A stretch of 57,721 bases of DNA, filler included, from an uncultured bacterium (GTDB lineage Bacteria; Latescibacterota; UBA2968), in NCBI GenBank assembly GCA_964471275.1. It is 2 parts of 2 records of this genome, joined end to end, with 100 filler letters (N's around TTAATTAATTAA, not from the genome) between each part and the next. Parts side by side here need not be neighbours in the genome. Positions count along the whole stretch, not along the records: positions 29,128 to 57,721 come from CAYYGZ010000026.1; 1 more part is not named here. One strand, 5' to 3'. Shown piece by piece: positions 38,889-47,942 of the stretch. Below the pieces are notes generated by a model, which saw only the letters and a list, made by a program, of their open reading frames with translations, was not told where the DNA came from and ran no database searches. The position numbers and the translations under genes were made by a program. How positions within the stretch are numbered: position 1 is the stretch's first letter; each line of letters opens with the position of its first letter.

Positions 38889-39617
38889 ATGGCTTCACTC
38901 AGACTCAGAAACCCACATAGCGTACTCGCAGTTCTCGACCGAAGACCGCAAGACGTGTTCGAAATTCAGTGCCCCGACCAGGATCTCTCAGACGGATGGC
39001 GCAGCGTACGCAGCGCAGCCGAGGATCTGGGAATACCGATTAATCCGGACGGCGGAGATCGTCCGGGGAGACGGGATCGAGGCAAGCAACGACGACACGC
39101 CGGCGCAGAAGCGGTGATCAAGGAACGTAACTCGGATACACTCGATGCCCTGATCGCCTCGCCACCGGACAACGGTATCTGGATAGGGCTGGACACGGTT
39201 CAGGACCCTCACAATGTCGGCTCGATCTTCAGGTCCGCTGCCTTCTTCGGCATTTCCGGCATCATCACGACACAGGATAGAAACGCCCCCATATCCTATA
39301 CTGTCTACGATGTCGCCTCAGGAGGAGTCGAATACGTCCCATTCACGATCGAAACCAACCTGTCTCGCACGATCGATCGCGTCAAAGAAGCCGGGATCTG
39401 GGTCCTGGGAACCTCCGAACACTCAGAGAAAAATATCATCGAAATCAAACGCGACCGACCGTGGCTCGTCATTCTTGGTAACGAGGAAGACGGCCTCCGC
39501 CGGCTTACCGCTGACAAGTGCGACGAACTCGTCTCCATTCCCCGATCCGGTGACGTGGGCTCCCTCAATGTCTCCGTCGCTGCAGGCATCACCCTCAGCC
39601 ATCTGATCTCCTCTTGA
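38889..39617 (+). CDS. TrmH/SpoU family RNA methyltransferase (RlmB-like)
   Basis: DTVQDPHNVGSIFRSA, LGNEEDG, SIP..GSLNVSVAAGI SPOUT motifs. Confidence 0.9.
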   Translation: MASLRLRNPHSVLAVLDRRPQDVFEIQCPDQDLSDGWRSVRSAAEDLGIPINPDGGDRPGRRDRGKQRRHAGAEAVIKERNSDTLDALIASPPDNGIWIGLDTVQDPHNVGSIFRSAAFFGISGIITTQDRNAPISYTVYDVASGGVEYVPFTIETNLSRTIDRVKEAGIWVLGTSEHSEKNIIEIKRDRPWLVILGNEEDGLRRLTADKCDELVSIPRSGDVGSLNVSVAAGITLSHLISS

Positions 39618-39776
39618 GTCCCACGTTTGATCCCCGCCCCTCTCTGCAATACATTGGGGTCGGCCATAGCTTTCTTCGCACCGGTCGACACACGCGTCCG
39701 TTGGCCAGCTTGCCGCATCTCCTTGTGCAAGACTGGCTCATTCGTTATTGCCTGACCTGTTCTATAAAGGATCGAT

Positions 39777-40406
39777 TTGAAGCCCAATCCAGAAGACCGT
39801 GTGGACCGCCTCAAGCGCGCACAACCCAGCAGGGATCCGGACAATGACCCAGAGGGCCGAATCCCGCCCGGGCAGTACCTGACTGAGAAATTTCCCGTCC
39901 TGTCTAAAGGGCCGACACCGAACATCGATCTGGAGCGCTGGCAATTCCGGATATTCGGCAACGTCGCGAATGAGGTGGTGCTCAACTACCAGGAATTCAC
40001 TGATCTCCCACAGGTTACGATCACCACAGACTTCCATTGTGTCACACGATGGAGTATGCTGGACAGCACGTGGGAAGGCATCCCCATCCGCGAAGTGATC
40101 GACCGTGTCGACATCCTATCGAGTTCGAAATTCGTGATGGTCCAAGCCTACGGACAGTACACGACCAACCTCCCGTTATCGGACCTTATCGACGAGGATG
40201 TCCTGTTCGCTCACTCCTGGAACGGTGAGCCGCTATCCAGTGAACACGGAGGACCGCTTCGGTTGGTTGTCCCGAAGCTATACGCGTGGAAAAGCGCCAA
40301 GTGGGTGAACGGCCTGGAGTTTCTCGAGAACGACCAGCCTGGCTACTGGGAGCAGGCCGGCTATCACAAGCACGGCGATCCCTTTAAGGAAGAGCGCTTC
40401 TCGTGA
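39777..40406 (+). CDS. Sulfite oxidase-like molybdopterin-binding oxidoreductase
   Basis: RIPPGQ, DFHCVTRWS, HGGPLRLVVPKLYAWKSAKW, GYWE..GYH. Confidence 0.92.
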   Translation: MKPNPEDRVDRLKRAQPSRDPDNDPEGRIPPGQYLTEKFPVLSKGPTPNIDLERWQFRIFGNVANEVVLNYQEFTDLPQVTITTDFHCVTRWSMLDSTWEGIPIREVIDRVDILSSSKFVMVQAYGQYTTNLPLSDLIDEDVLFAHSWNGEPLSSEHGGPLRLVVPKLYAWKSAKWVNGLEFLENDQPGYWEQAGYHKHGDPFKEERFS

Positions 40407-40557
40407 ACCCCCTTCCATCCTTCGGCCTTACCGGGCACTCGTCCCCGGCACAACAGCCTTGGGGGTTGCACGACGCTCCACAGCTGCGGTCCGCGCTCTG
40501 TGCTCATCTGTGTTCATTTGAGGTTCCACGGATCTTGCTTATCGTGAGCGCCTGACC

Positions 40558-42357
40558 ATGTCCATACTCGCCCGTCTGCTCCAGTACGCCCTGCCCTACC
40601 GAGGCCGCGTCGTCATCGGCATCCTCTGCACAGTAGCCACCATCGGGCTGGAATCCGTTCAGCCGCTTGTCATGCGGCACGTCATCGACAATATCCTCAC
40701 CGACTACGTTTCCGGTGACGGCTACATCGGCGATACCTTCGATACCCGGAAGGTCGACAACGACCTGCAGGCCCTGTTCAGCTTCGCCCTCGCCCTGTTC
40801 GGCCTCTACATCATTCGAAGCTTCCTCAACATCATCAACCGCTACCTGCTGCAGAAGACGGGACAGGACATCCTCCTCGCGCTCCGAACGCAGGTCTACG
40901 ATCATTTGCAGCATCTTTCGTTGCGATTCTTCAACAACCGAAGTACGGGTGAACTGATGTCACGGATCACCGGTGATGTGGAATCGCTGCAGAACACCAT
41001 TACAGATACCGTCGAGCGCATCGTCGTCAACGTGATGACGATCCTGATCCTTGGTGGCATCCTGTTCTCGCTGAGCTGGGAGCTTGCACTTGTCACGCTG
41101 GCGCCACTGCCGCTCTACGCCTTCCTCATCAGCATCTACAACCGTCGCATCCGGCCGTTGTATACCATTGCCCGCGAACGAATCGCCGAAATCAGCGCAA
41201 CACTGCAGGACAACCTGTCGGGTATCCGGGTTATCCAATGTTTCGCTCGTGAGGAACACGAACTCTCCCGTTTCCGTGAACGCTGCCAGACCTTCTGGGA
41301 GGTAAGCCTTCGTGTCATCAAGATCCGAGCCACGTTCTTCCCCTTTGCGCGCCTCGCTATCTCCCTAGGTCCCCTGATGATCCTGCTGTTCGGGGGTCAC
41401 CAGGTCATCACGGGTGCGCTCAGCATCGGAACGTTATTTGCCTTTCAGAACTATCTGTGGCGCTTCTACGGCCCTGTCGAAAGCCTGACCCGGATTAACG
41501 ACACCATCGTACGAGCAACTGCCTCAGCACAACGAATCTTCGAAGTGCTTGACACCGAGGCCGACATCAAGGATGCTCCAGGAGCAACCAAACTCGAGCG
41601 AATCAAGGGTCAGATTGAGCTCGCGGATGTGCGCTTCTCTTACGATGAAAGCGTCAATGTTCTGAACGAAGTGAACCTGACGGCGAGTCCCGGCCAGCTG
41701 ATCGGGCTGGTTGGCCCGAGTGGTGCTGGCAAGACAACGATCATCAACTTGATCTGTCGATTCTACGATCCCGATGCGGGCACCGTCCTGATCGATGGTC
41801 AGGATCTGAAGCAAGTGGAGCTTCGATCACTCCGCAGCCAGATCGGTATGGTGCTCCAGGATCCATTCCTGTTCAATGGGACGATCCGCGAGAACATCGC
41901 CTATGGGAAGCTGGACGCGTCGAATAATGACATCATAGATGCCGCCATCCAGGCGAATGCACATGACTTTGTGTGCAGTTTCCCGGATGCCTACGACTCC
42001 CGAATCGGTGAGCGCGGTGTTCGACTCTCTGGTGGCGAGAAGCAGAGAATAGCCATCGCGCGTGCGATTCTCGGTGACCCGCGCATCCTGATTCTTGACG
42101 AAGCCACATCCTCCGTCGATACGGAGACGGAGGTGCAGATACAGACAGCCCTCGACACGCTCGTTCAGGGACGCACGACCGTTGCCATCGCGCATAGATT
42201 GTCGACTGTCAGGAAAGCGGATTGTCTCTACGTGATCGAAGAGGGGGGGGTGATCGAGTCGGGTACACACGTAGAGCTCTTTGCTCTGGGAGGACGTTAC
42301 GCCAGACTCTGTGATCTCCAATTCGCCCTTCAGGATGGGGACTTTGAAGCGGACTAA
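40558..42357 (+). CDS. ABC exporter, fused permease/ATP-binding protein
   Basis: ABC membrane domain; GPSGAGKTT, LSGGEKQR, ILDEATS, IAHRLST. Confidence 0.95.
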   Translation: MSILARLLQYALPYRGRVVIGILCTVATIGLESVQPLVMRHVIDNILTDYVSGDGYIGDTFDTRKVDNDLQALFSFALALFGLYIIRSFLNIINRYLLQKTGQDILLALRTQVYDHLQHLSLRFFNNRSTGELMSRITGDVESLQNTITDTVERIVVNVMTILILGGILFSLSWELALVTLAPLPLYAFLISIYNRRIRPLYTIARERIAEISATLQDNLSGIRVIQCFAREEHELSRFRERCQTFWEVSLRVIKIRATFFPFARLAISLGPLMILLFGGHQVITGALSIGTLFAFQNYLWRFYGPVESLTRINDTIVRATASAQRIFEVLDTEADIKDAPGATKLERIKGQIELADVRFSYDESVNVLNEVNLTASPGQLIGLVGPSGAGKTTIINLICRFYDPDAGTVLIDGQDLKQVELRSLRSQIGMVLQDPFLFNGTIRENIAYGKLDASNNDIIDAAIQANAHDFVCSFPDAYDSRIGERGVRLSGGEKQRIAIARAILGDPRILILDEATSSVDTETEVQIQTALDTLVQGRTTVAIAHRLSTVRKADCLYVIEEGGVIESGTHVELFALGGRYARLCDLQFALQDGDFEAD

Positions 42358-42362
42358 CCGAC

Positions 42363-42875
42363 ATGGAAAGACACCGATTAGACAAATGCCAGGTCGAGAT
42401 AGACGGGGGTCTCTGGTGGAACGTGGAAGGCACACGGACCCGGATCGAGAGTCTCGTACGCTGTTTTCCAAATTCCTCGCCCGAGGGTTGGATCAGCGTT
42501 CGGGCCGAGGATGGGTCCGAAATGACCTTGATCCGAAAATGGACGGACCTCGATGAAGAATCCCGGGCAAAACTAGAGCCCGTTCTCTTGGAGAAATATC
42601 ACGTTCCCGTGATCACAGAATTACTGTCGATCGAGAGATCGGCTGCCGGGAAACGGGTTCGCGTGATGACAAGAGACGGGATCGACTCGCTCAACATCAA
42701 CAGTGAGACGGATGTGGACTACCGGGAGTACCCTCGCGTGACCGTCAGCGACCGAACAAAGCGACGAAAGTATGTGATCGAGGATGCAGGTGATCTCGAC
42801 AAGCCAAGCCGCGACCTGATCCGACGCCATCTCCGCACACCCGGTCGACGGGGCCGGGGAGGTCGCTTCCACTAG
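42363..42875 (+). CDS. DUF1854-like protein
   Basis: VRCFPxSxPEGWIS, YHVPVIT, LDKPSR motifs; directly after an ABC exporter, as is typical for this family. Confidence 0.7.
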   Translation: MERHRLDKCQVEIDGGLWWNVEGTRTRIESLVRCFPNSSPEGWISVRAEDGSEMTLIRKWTDLDEESRAKLEPVLLEKYHVPVITELLSIERSAAGKRVRVMTRDGIDSLNINSETDVDYREYPRVTVSDRTKRRKYVIEDAGDLDKPSRDLIRRHLRTPGRRGRGGRFH

Positions 42876-42936
42876 CATGCTGACGTTTTCCTGCCGGCTT
42901 CAGATTCATCTGCCCTTTCTCTCTTGTGTTCCAGGC

Positions 42937-42973
42937 AAGAAGAAAGGCCGTTTCCCCATCGAGAACCGACCTT
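42937..42973 (-). terminator. Probable terminator after pafA
   Basis: Imperfect stem AAGGTCGGTTCTC/GGGAAACGGCCTT followed by TCTTCTT on the minus strand. Confidence 0.5.
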
Positions 42974-42990
42974 CAACACACGCCTTGATT

Positions 42991-43025
42991 TCCAATCTTC
43001 TATCTTCTCTCCTCAATCCTCTATC
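42991..43025. repeat. Five-unit degenerate heptanucleotide repeat at the pafA stop
   Basis: TCCAATC TTCTATC TTCTCTC CTCAATC CTCTATC. Confidence 0.65.
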
Positions 43026-44493
43026 GTAACGGTCTCCGCATCGTTCCCGGTGTATGCGATGATTCCGATGCGACTTTGATCTCCTCGATGAACGTCTCGA
43101 CTTCCTCGTCATAGGTATCGAATGGATCACGGAAACTCAGATGGTGTTCGTTCTCCAGATACACGGAATCCCAATCCACGATGTATCTCACACGGTTCTC
43201 CGATAGTGCCTTCACCAGCGTGGATCGGCCCTTGGCGCGTGTGTCCTGTGGCGGCTCAAGATCGGCGCGCTCTACGTGGTCGTCTTCGAGCACCCGGCGA
43301 ATGACACCTTTCCGGTCCAGATCATGATACAGACCGCGTTCCGGGTTGATGTTGTGATACTCGAGATCCAGGCTCTGCATCCAGGGGGCCGACCACTCCA
43401 GTCCCTCATCCTCGCGAAACATATCCAGAAGCCACTTCTTCGTCACCCAATCGATTCGGTCTGCACAGCTCATCGGGTCACGAGCGAGATCATCGAGCGT
43501 CCGCTCCCATTCTGTCAAGACCCAGTCTGACTCCGCATCAAGCCCGCATAGATGTTGTTTGGCCAACTCGAGATAGGATCGCTGAATATCAATCGCCGAA
43601 ATCGTCCGACCGTTCCTTCGCTCGAGGATCCACTTGTGCGTGGGATCTCGCGAGATCTCTTTCAGTGCCCAGACCGGATCTCCCAGACTCACATCGCGTG
43701 GAAAGATCTTTCGTTCCAGCAGGTTCAGCACCATTGCCGTCGTACCTATCTTCAACGCATTCGCATACTCCGACATATTCGAGTCGCCCACCAGCAGATG
43801 CAATCTCCGGAATCTGCTGTGGTCGGCCAGAGGTTCGTCACGTGTGTTGATGATTGCACGAGAAAACTGGATCCACTGGTAGATCTCTGTGACGATGTGG
43901 TCGGCACGTTGCGAAATTTGATACCCTACCAGATCCTCGCGATACGAATCGTCCTGATCATCCTGCCCGTAGTAGTAGAAGCTGTCGTCATAGCTTCCGA
44001 CCCTTCCCGCTCCCGAGAAGATCTGACGTGTCACCAGGAATGGCAGCAAAGACGGAATCACCACCGTCGAGAACGGGACGTTTCGCCGGACAAGATAGTT
44101 TTCGTGACAGCCGAATGTCGCGCCCGTAAAGTGATCCACGTTGTTCTTCAAGAACGCGGCTTCCTTCTCGAGACCCAGAGAAATCAGTGCTCTCTGAAGA
44201 ATACGCTCACCCGCCCGATCGTAGGCAACCACATCGAACAGGCCCATACACTCGGGAGTTGTGTATTCGATGTGACCCATGTCGATGTATACACGACCCG
44301 AGTTGAACAGAAAGCCGCCGTTACCGGGTGGCTCGTCTCGTCCACGGTAATGGATGTCGACGATCCCAATTCGCTCAGAATGAAAGATATGATCTTTGAC
44401 TTTGACCGAGATGGCATCGGGGCTGACAAAGCCCTCGTGCTCTGGCGCCATACAACCATACTCGGTCTCTAGTCCAAAAATTCGATCGATCAA
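43021..44493 (-). CDS. pafA: PafA-like ligase (Pup/UBact--protein ligase)
   Basis: RIFGLETEYG, GRVYIDMGHIEY (ligase-type), GCHENY, SQRADH, RAIINTRDEP, RLHLLVGDSN, DLEYH; start at TTG 44493 (track gives 44505). Confidence 0.88.
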   Translation of the reverse strand: MIDRIFGLETEYGCMAPEHEGFVSPDAISVKVKDHIFHSERIGIVDIHYRGRDEPPGNGGFLFNSGRVYIDMGHIEYTTPECMGLFDVVAYDRAGERILQRALISLGLEKEAAFLKNNVDHFTGATFGCHENYLVRRNVPFSTVVIPSLLPFLVTRQIFSGAGRVGSYDDSFYYYGQDDQDDSYREDLVGYQISQRADHIVTEIYQWIQFSRAIINTRDEPLADHSRFRRLHLLVGDSNMSEYANALKIGTTAMVLNLLERKIFPRDVSLGDPVWALKEISRDPTHKWILERRNGRTISAIDIQRSYLELAKQHLCGLDAESDWVLTEWERTLDDLARDPMSCADRIDWVTKKWLLDMFREDEGLEWSAPWMQSLDLEYHNINPERGLYHDLDRKGVIRRVLEDDHVERADLEPPQDTRAKGRSTLVKALSENRVRYIVDWDSVYLENEHHLSFRDPFDTYDEEVETFIEEIKVASESSHTPGTMRRPLR

Positions 44494-44503
44494 GAAACAC
44501 ACC

Positions 44504-44533
44504 AAAAAAAAGCCAGACCCACGAGGGTCCGGC
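44504..44533 (-). terminator. Intrinsic terminator between prcA and pafA
   Basis: GCCGGACCC-TCGT-GGGTCTGGC followed by T8 on the minus strand. Confidence 0.8.
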
Positions 44534-44562
44534 GTGAGCGCAAATCACAGATGGCGGATCGG

Positions 44563-45336
44563 TCAACCTGCGGTTACGTCGACTGCGGCTTGGGTTATTT
44601 CTGAATCCACACTCTGATACTTTGATTTACCATTCCGGGTCCGATTCAGGGCAATGGCCTCAACGGTCAGTGTCTCCTTCGCGGCGGTCAGCGTGCGCTG
44701 AACCTCCTCATCGGAAACGGCAGTCACCTCGTCGGCGGCACTCTCCTGCTGACCTGTTGACCATCCTGCCGCCCAGACCTTCAGTGCCGCTTGCAGGGCC
44801 TCATCAAGGGCTACATCCTGCTGATGATGGGCATCCAGCGACGTCTCCATCGCCTGATCCGCATCCGGCGACGCACCGATCGCCGCGTGGCCTTCGTACG
44901 TCGCGAAAGCCCCGTCGTAGTCCACTGTGTAGAACGATGAACCGTGATCCCCGTCGAGTTCAGCCAGCAAGATGCGGGCAATATATGGGGACCGAATTAT
45001 GTCATCAAATGAGGCCTTTACGGCAGGACCCAGCCCAAAGTGGACGATCTGCTGAAGCGTCACATCCGCGTCAGAATAGTTGAAGCCCACGACGCTGGCC
45101 AGATCGACCGCAGCTTGTCTGAGTTTCTCGATATCGGTCGGATGACCGACCGAGCCCATCGCGATCCGGTCATACGTTTCATACAACTTCTGCTGGCCCC
45201 GCCCCATCGTCAGGAGTAGTATTCCGTCCCTGTAGGTCAACCCCACAACTGGACTCCCGCCCTGTAGTTGATCCTCGATGTAATCACGGCGATTCGAGAC
45301 GGCTTCGGCAAAGCGATAGGGTTCATCAAGCATCAT
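44563..45336 (-). CDS. prcA: 20S proteasome alpha subunit
   Basis: EPYR...RRDY...GSPVVGL, KLYETYDRIA, G..DIEKLR, ILLAEL; operon context; start at ATG 45336 or 45333. Confidence 0.88.
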   Translation of the reverse strand: MMLDEPYRFAEAVSNRRDYIEDQLQGGSPVVGLTYRDGILLLTMGRGQQKLYETYDRIAMGSVGHPTDIEKLRQAAVDLASVVGFNYSDADVTLQQIVHFGLGPAVKASFDDIIRSPYIARILLAELDGDHGSSFYTVDYDGAFATYEGHAAIGASPDADQAMETSLDAHHQQDVALDEALQAALKVWAAGWSTGQQESAADEVTAVSDEEVQRTLTAAKETLTVEAIALNRTRNGKSKYQSVDSEITQAAVDVTAG

Positions 45337-45349
45337 ACGGGACAGGCCT

Positions 45350-46189
45350 CTATCCTGCGTCGATAAATCGTGTGTGTAGATCGCGGAGCTCATCGACGGA
45401 AATATCCGTCAGACCGTCTTCCGTCACCGTCTTGACCGTGGGGAACACATCTGCGGCTCTCTCGTATCTCCCCGTCGCGGAATCGTATTCTGACGCCGTA
45501 AACAGCAGCCGCAGGGACAGACCGACCGCCTCCTCACGAGAGAGGCTGGCGAAAGGCGTTTGCCCCCATCGGTTCAGATGATACATCACTCCCCGGATGG
45601 CGGCGGCACCTGAGCCTGTCGTCGTAAAATCAGTGGCCTCGAACTGCGCGCCAAGCGCATCGTAGAAGAAGATTTTCCCGGTCGTATCCTTCTGGTCGTA
45701 GATGGCGAAGATCGGGATGACGGCCCCGATCCCCTGCATAGCCATCGGCAGGTTGTCTCGGATCAGGATTGAGAGACGCCGGAGCTTTGCCTCGATGCTC
45801 ATTTCAGTGAGCTGGCGACGTCGATGATACTGGAAGGAGTGTTCTAGGATGCGGGCAATCTCGTAAGCCATCGCCGGAGACCCTGAAATGGCCATCACGG
45901 AGTAGTCGTCGATCGGCAGAACCTTGTCTGCCCGATCGTAGATCACCGCGTTTCCTGCAGTCGCACGACGATCTCCCGCGATCAGAACGCCCTCGTCATA
46001 CCGAAGTGCCAGAATCGTGGTCCCTTCCGTCGGCGTGAACGCCGGGCCGTGTCCTCCCGAGACATCGGTCATCACTTGACCGGGAAAATGGTATCCGCCT
46101 GCCTTCAGGAGATCAAAGAAGTCGGCGCCAGGTCCGAGTGACGGCAGGGCGCCGAGGGTGTTGCCGGTTTTGGGTGAATCGGGCATCAC
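45350..46189 (-). CDS. prcB: 20S proteasome beta subunit with about 56-aa propeptide
   Basis: EG|TTILA catalytic Thr1, AGDRRATAGN, DKV, TGSG, DSATG. Confidence 0.93.
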   Translation of the reverse strand: MMPDSPKTGNTLGALPSLGPGADFFDLLKAGGYHFPGQVMTDVSGGHGPAFTPTEGTTILALRYDEGVLIAGDRRATAGNAVIYDRADKVLPIDDYSVMAISGSPAMAYEIARILEHSFQYHRRRQLTEMSIEAKLRRLSILIRDNLPMAMQGIGAVIPIFAIYDQKDTTGKIFFYDALGAQFEATDFTTTGSGAAAIRGVMYHLNRWGQTPFASLSREEAVGLSLRLLFTASEYDSATGRYERAADVFPTVKTVTEDGLTDISVDELRDLHTRFIDAG

Positions 46190-46371
46190 TCTCCCGTCCG
46201 CTGACGATACCGACGTGCCTGGTTGGGGTCGACGCGTCGCATTCGCTTCATCAGATCCTGTGTATCCGGACGATCCACCTTCGGACGGCTCGGTCCCCCC
46301 TCATCATCGCCAGGACGCAACGGGCCCGTCGGGCGCTGCTTTCGCTCAAGTGTTACGAACTTGTCCTGCAT
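46186..46371 (-). CDS. ubact: Ubiquitin-like protein UBact (61 aa)
   Basis: Disordered Pro/Gly-rich N-terminus; C-terminal LMKRMRRVDPNQARRYRQRTGE; SD GGAGG; sits between dop and prcB. Confidence 0.92.
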   Translation of the reverse strand: MQDKFVTLERKQRPTGPLRPGDDEGGPSRPKVDRPDTQDLMKRMRRVDPNQARRYRQRTGE

Positions 46372-46388
46372 AGAAACCTCCAAAGTAA

Positions 46389-47939
46389 TCAAGCCAGTAC
46401 GACCGGCTGAAGTTCTGTTTCCCGAAGTGTCTTGATAAACTGATCGAAAGATTCGGATTGGTTGAGTATCTCGTTACACGATTTCGCCTGCGCGGGATCG
46501 ACCATGCCCCGCAGGTCGACGGCTTCGCTCCTCCCGTTCGCCGCGAAGACGATGCGGTCCCAGTTGATCGACTTCACCTGGTCACCGTATTTCTCCAGCG
46601 CTCGACCCCGGAAGTAGGCTCGGGTTCCATCTGGGGGTTTGGTCATCGCTTCCGCGATTTCCAGATCCTCGACGAGCCGAGGGGTCTGACCCTCTGCTTC
46701 CAGAAGATAATACAGACCGCTGTCCCGGTCGACATTGTGATACTCCAGATCCTGACTCTGCAACCACGTCACGTGATCCGGATTTTCCCAGGTAAGACTC
46801 TCAGCTTCCNNNNNNNNNNTGTCGATCAGGTATTTCTTGGTCACCCAATCGATCGAACCGATCAGGGAGGAATAGTCGATCTCCAAGGCATTCAGGGTCT
46901 GCGCCCAGGCTCGCAGAACCCAATCGGTCTCGGTATCCTGTCCAGAGAAGCGTGCTTCCGCACGAGCCAGGTAAGCACGCTGGACATCGACCGCAGGAAT
47001 CAGCCGATTCGGTGATCCTTCTACCTCAACCAGCCATTGATACGTCTGGTCCCGGGCGATATCGCGAATCGCGGCAACCGGGTCTTTCAGAACGATGTCA
47101 GGAAGATCATCCGACTCGATAAGATCCACGACGAGCGCAGTCGCGCCGACCTTGAGTGCCGTGGCAAACTCGGACATGTTCGAATCGCCCACAATCACGT
47201 GCAATCGACGGTAACGATCCGGATCTGCGTGCGACTCATCCCGCGTGTTGACGAGCGGGCGCTTGTGCATCGTATCGATGCTCGCAATGACTTCGAAGAA
47301 CTCGGATCGCTGGGCGATCTGGTAAATACCGGCCTTCTTGCCCCGCTCTTCGCCAACTTTTCCCGCACCTGCATATATCTGACGGGTAGCAAAGAATGGG
47401 AGCAGTCCTTGCACGATACGATCGAATGGCGTCTCCCGGGCCATCAGATAATTCTCGTGACAGCCGTAGCTGTGACCTTCGAAATCTGTGTTGTTCTTGT
47501 ACATCACGACGCGACCGGAAGACAGTGCCTCGCTGCGTCGTCGTGCGCAGATATCGACGATCCGTTCTCCCGCCTTGTCCTGGGCGACGAGATCGAACAA
47601 TCCGAGACACTCGCCCGTGGCGTATTCAGGATGTGTGTGATCGTTGTAGAAACGTGCACCATTGTAGATGATCAGATCGCTCTTCAGTTCCTTGAACGGA
47701 ATCTTCCGTTTGCGATCCTGCTGAAGGTGCACCTTCTCGTCGATGTCATTCAGGAGTTCATCGACCTCGAACCCCCGCGCATCCTTCCTCGGGTTCTCCA
47801 GTTGATAGTCCCAAAGCGGGACGAACTTGGCATCCGAATAGCAGCGGATGAGCTGCATCGATTCTTCGACAACATCGATCTTCTCGACACCCTCGATCGT
47901 TATGCCGTATTCCGTTTCGATCCCGAAGAGATGACTCAT
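46389..47939 (-). CDS. dop: Dop-like depupylase/deamidase
   Basis: LFGIETEYG, Dop-loop WDY..ENPRKDARGF, NGARFYNDHTHPEY, GHSYGCHENY, NTRDE, RLHVIVGDSN; 10-N gap at 46810-46819. Confidence 0.9.
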   Translation of the reverse strand: MSHLFGIETEYGITIEGVEKIDVVEESMQLIRCYSDAKFVPLWDYQLENPRKDARGFEVDELLNDIDEKVHLQQDRKRKIPFKELKSDLIIYNGARFYNDHTHPEYATGECLGLFDLVAQDKAGERIVDICARRRSEALSSGRVVMYKNNTDFEGHSYGCHENYLMARETPFDRIVQGLLPFFATRQIYAGAGKVGEERGKKAGIYQIAQRSEFFEVIASIDTMHKRPLVNTRDESHADPDRYRRLHVIVGDSNMSEFATALKVGATALVVDLIESDDLPDIVLKDPVAAIRDIARDQTYQWLVEVEGSPNRLIPAVDVQRAYLARAEARFSGQDTETDWVLRAWAQTLNALEIDYSSLIGSIDWVTKKYLIDXXXXEAESLTWENPDHVTWLQSQDLEYHNVDRDSGLYYLLEAEGQTPRLVEDLEIAEAMTKPPDGTRAYFRGRALEKYGDQVKSINWDRIVFAANGRSEAVDLRGMVDPAQAKSCNEILNQSESFDQFIKTLRETELQPVVLA

Positions 47940-47942
47940 CCG

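Noticed and set aside
46186..46371. Calling the tag Pup
   Set aside because: Lacks the Pup C-terminus (FVxxYVQKGGQ/E); RYRQRTGE fits UBact
46810..46819. 10-N gap in dop as a disruption
   Set aside because: Assembly gap; Dop-like sequence continues on both sides
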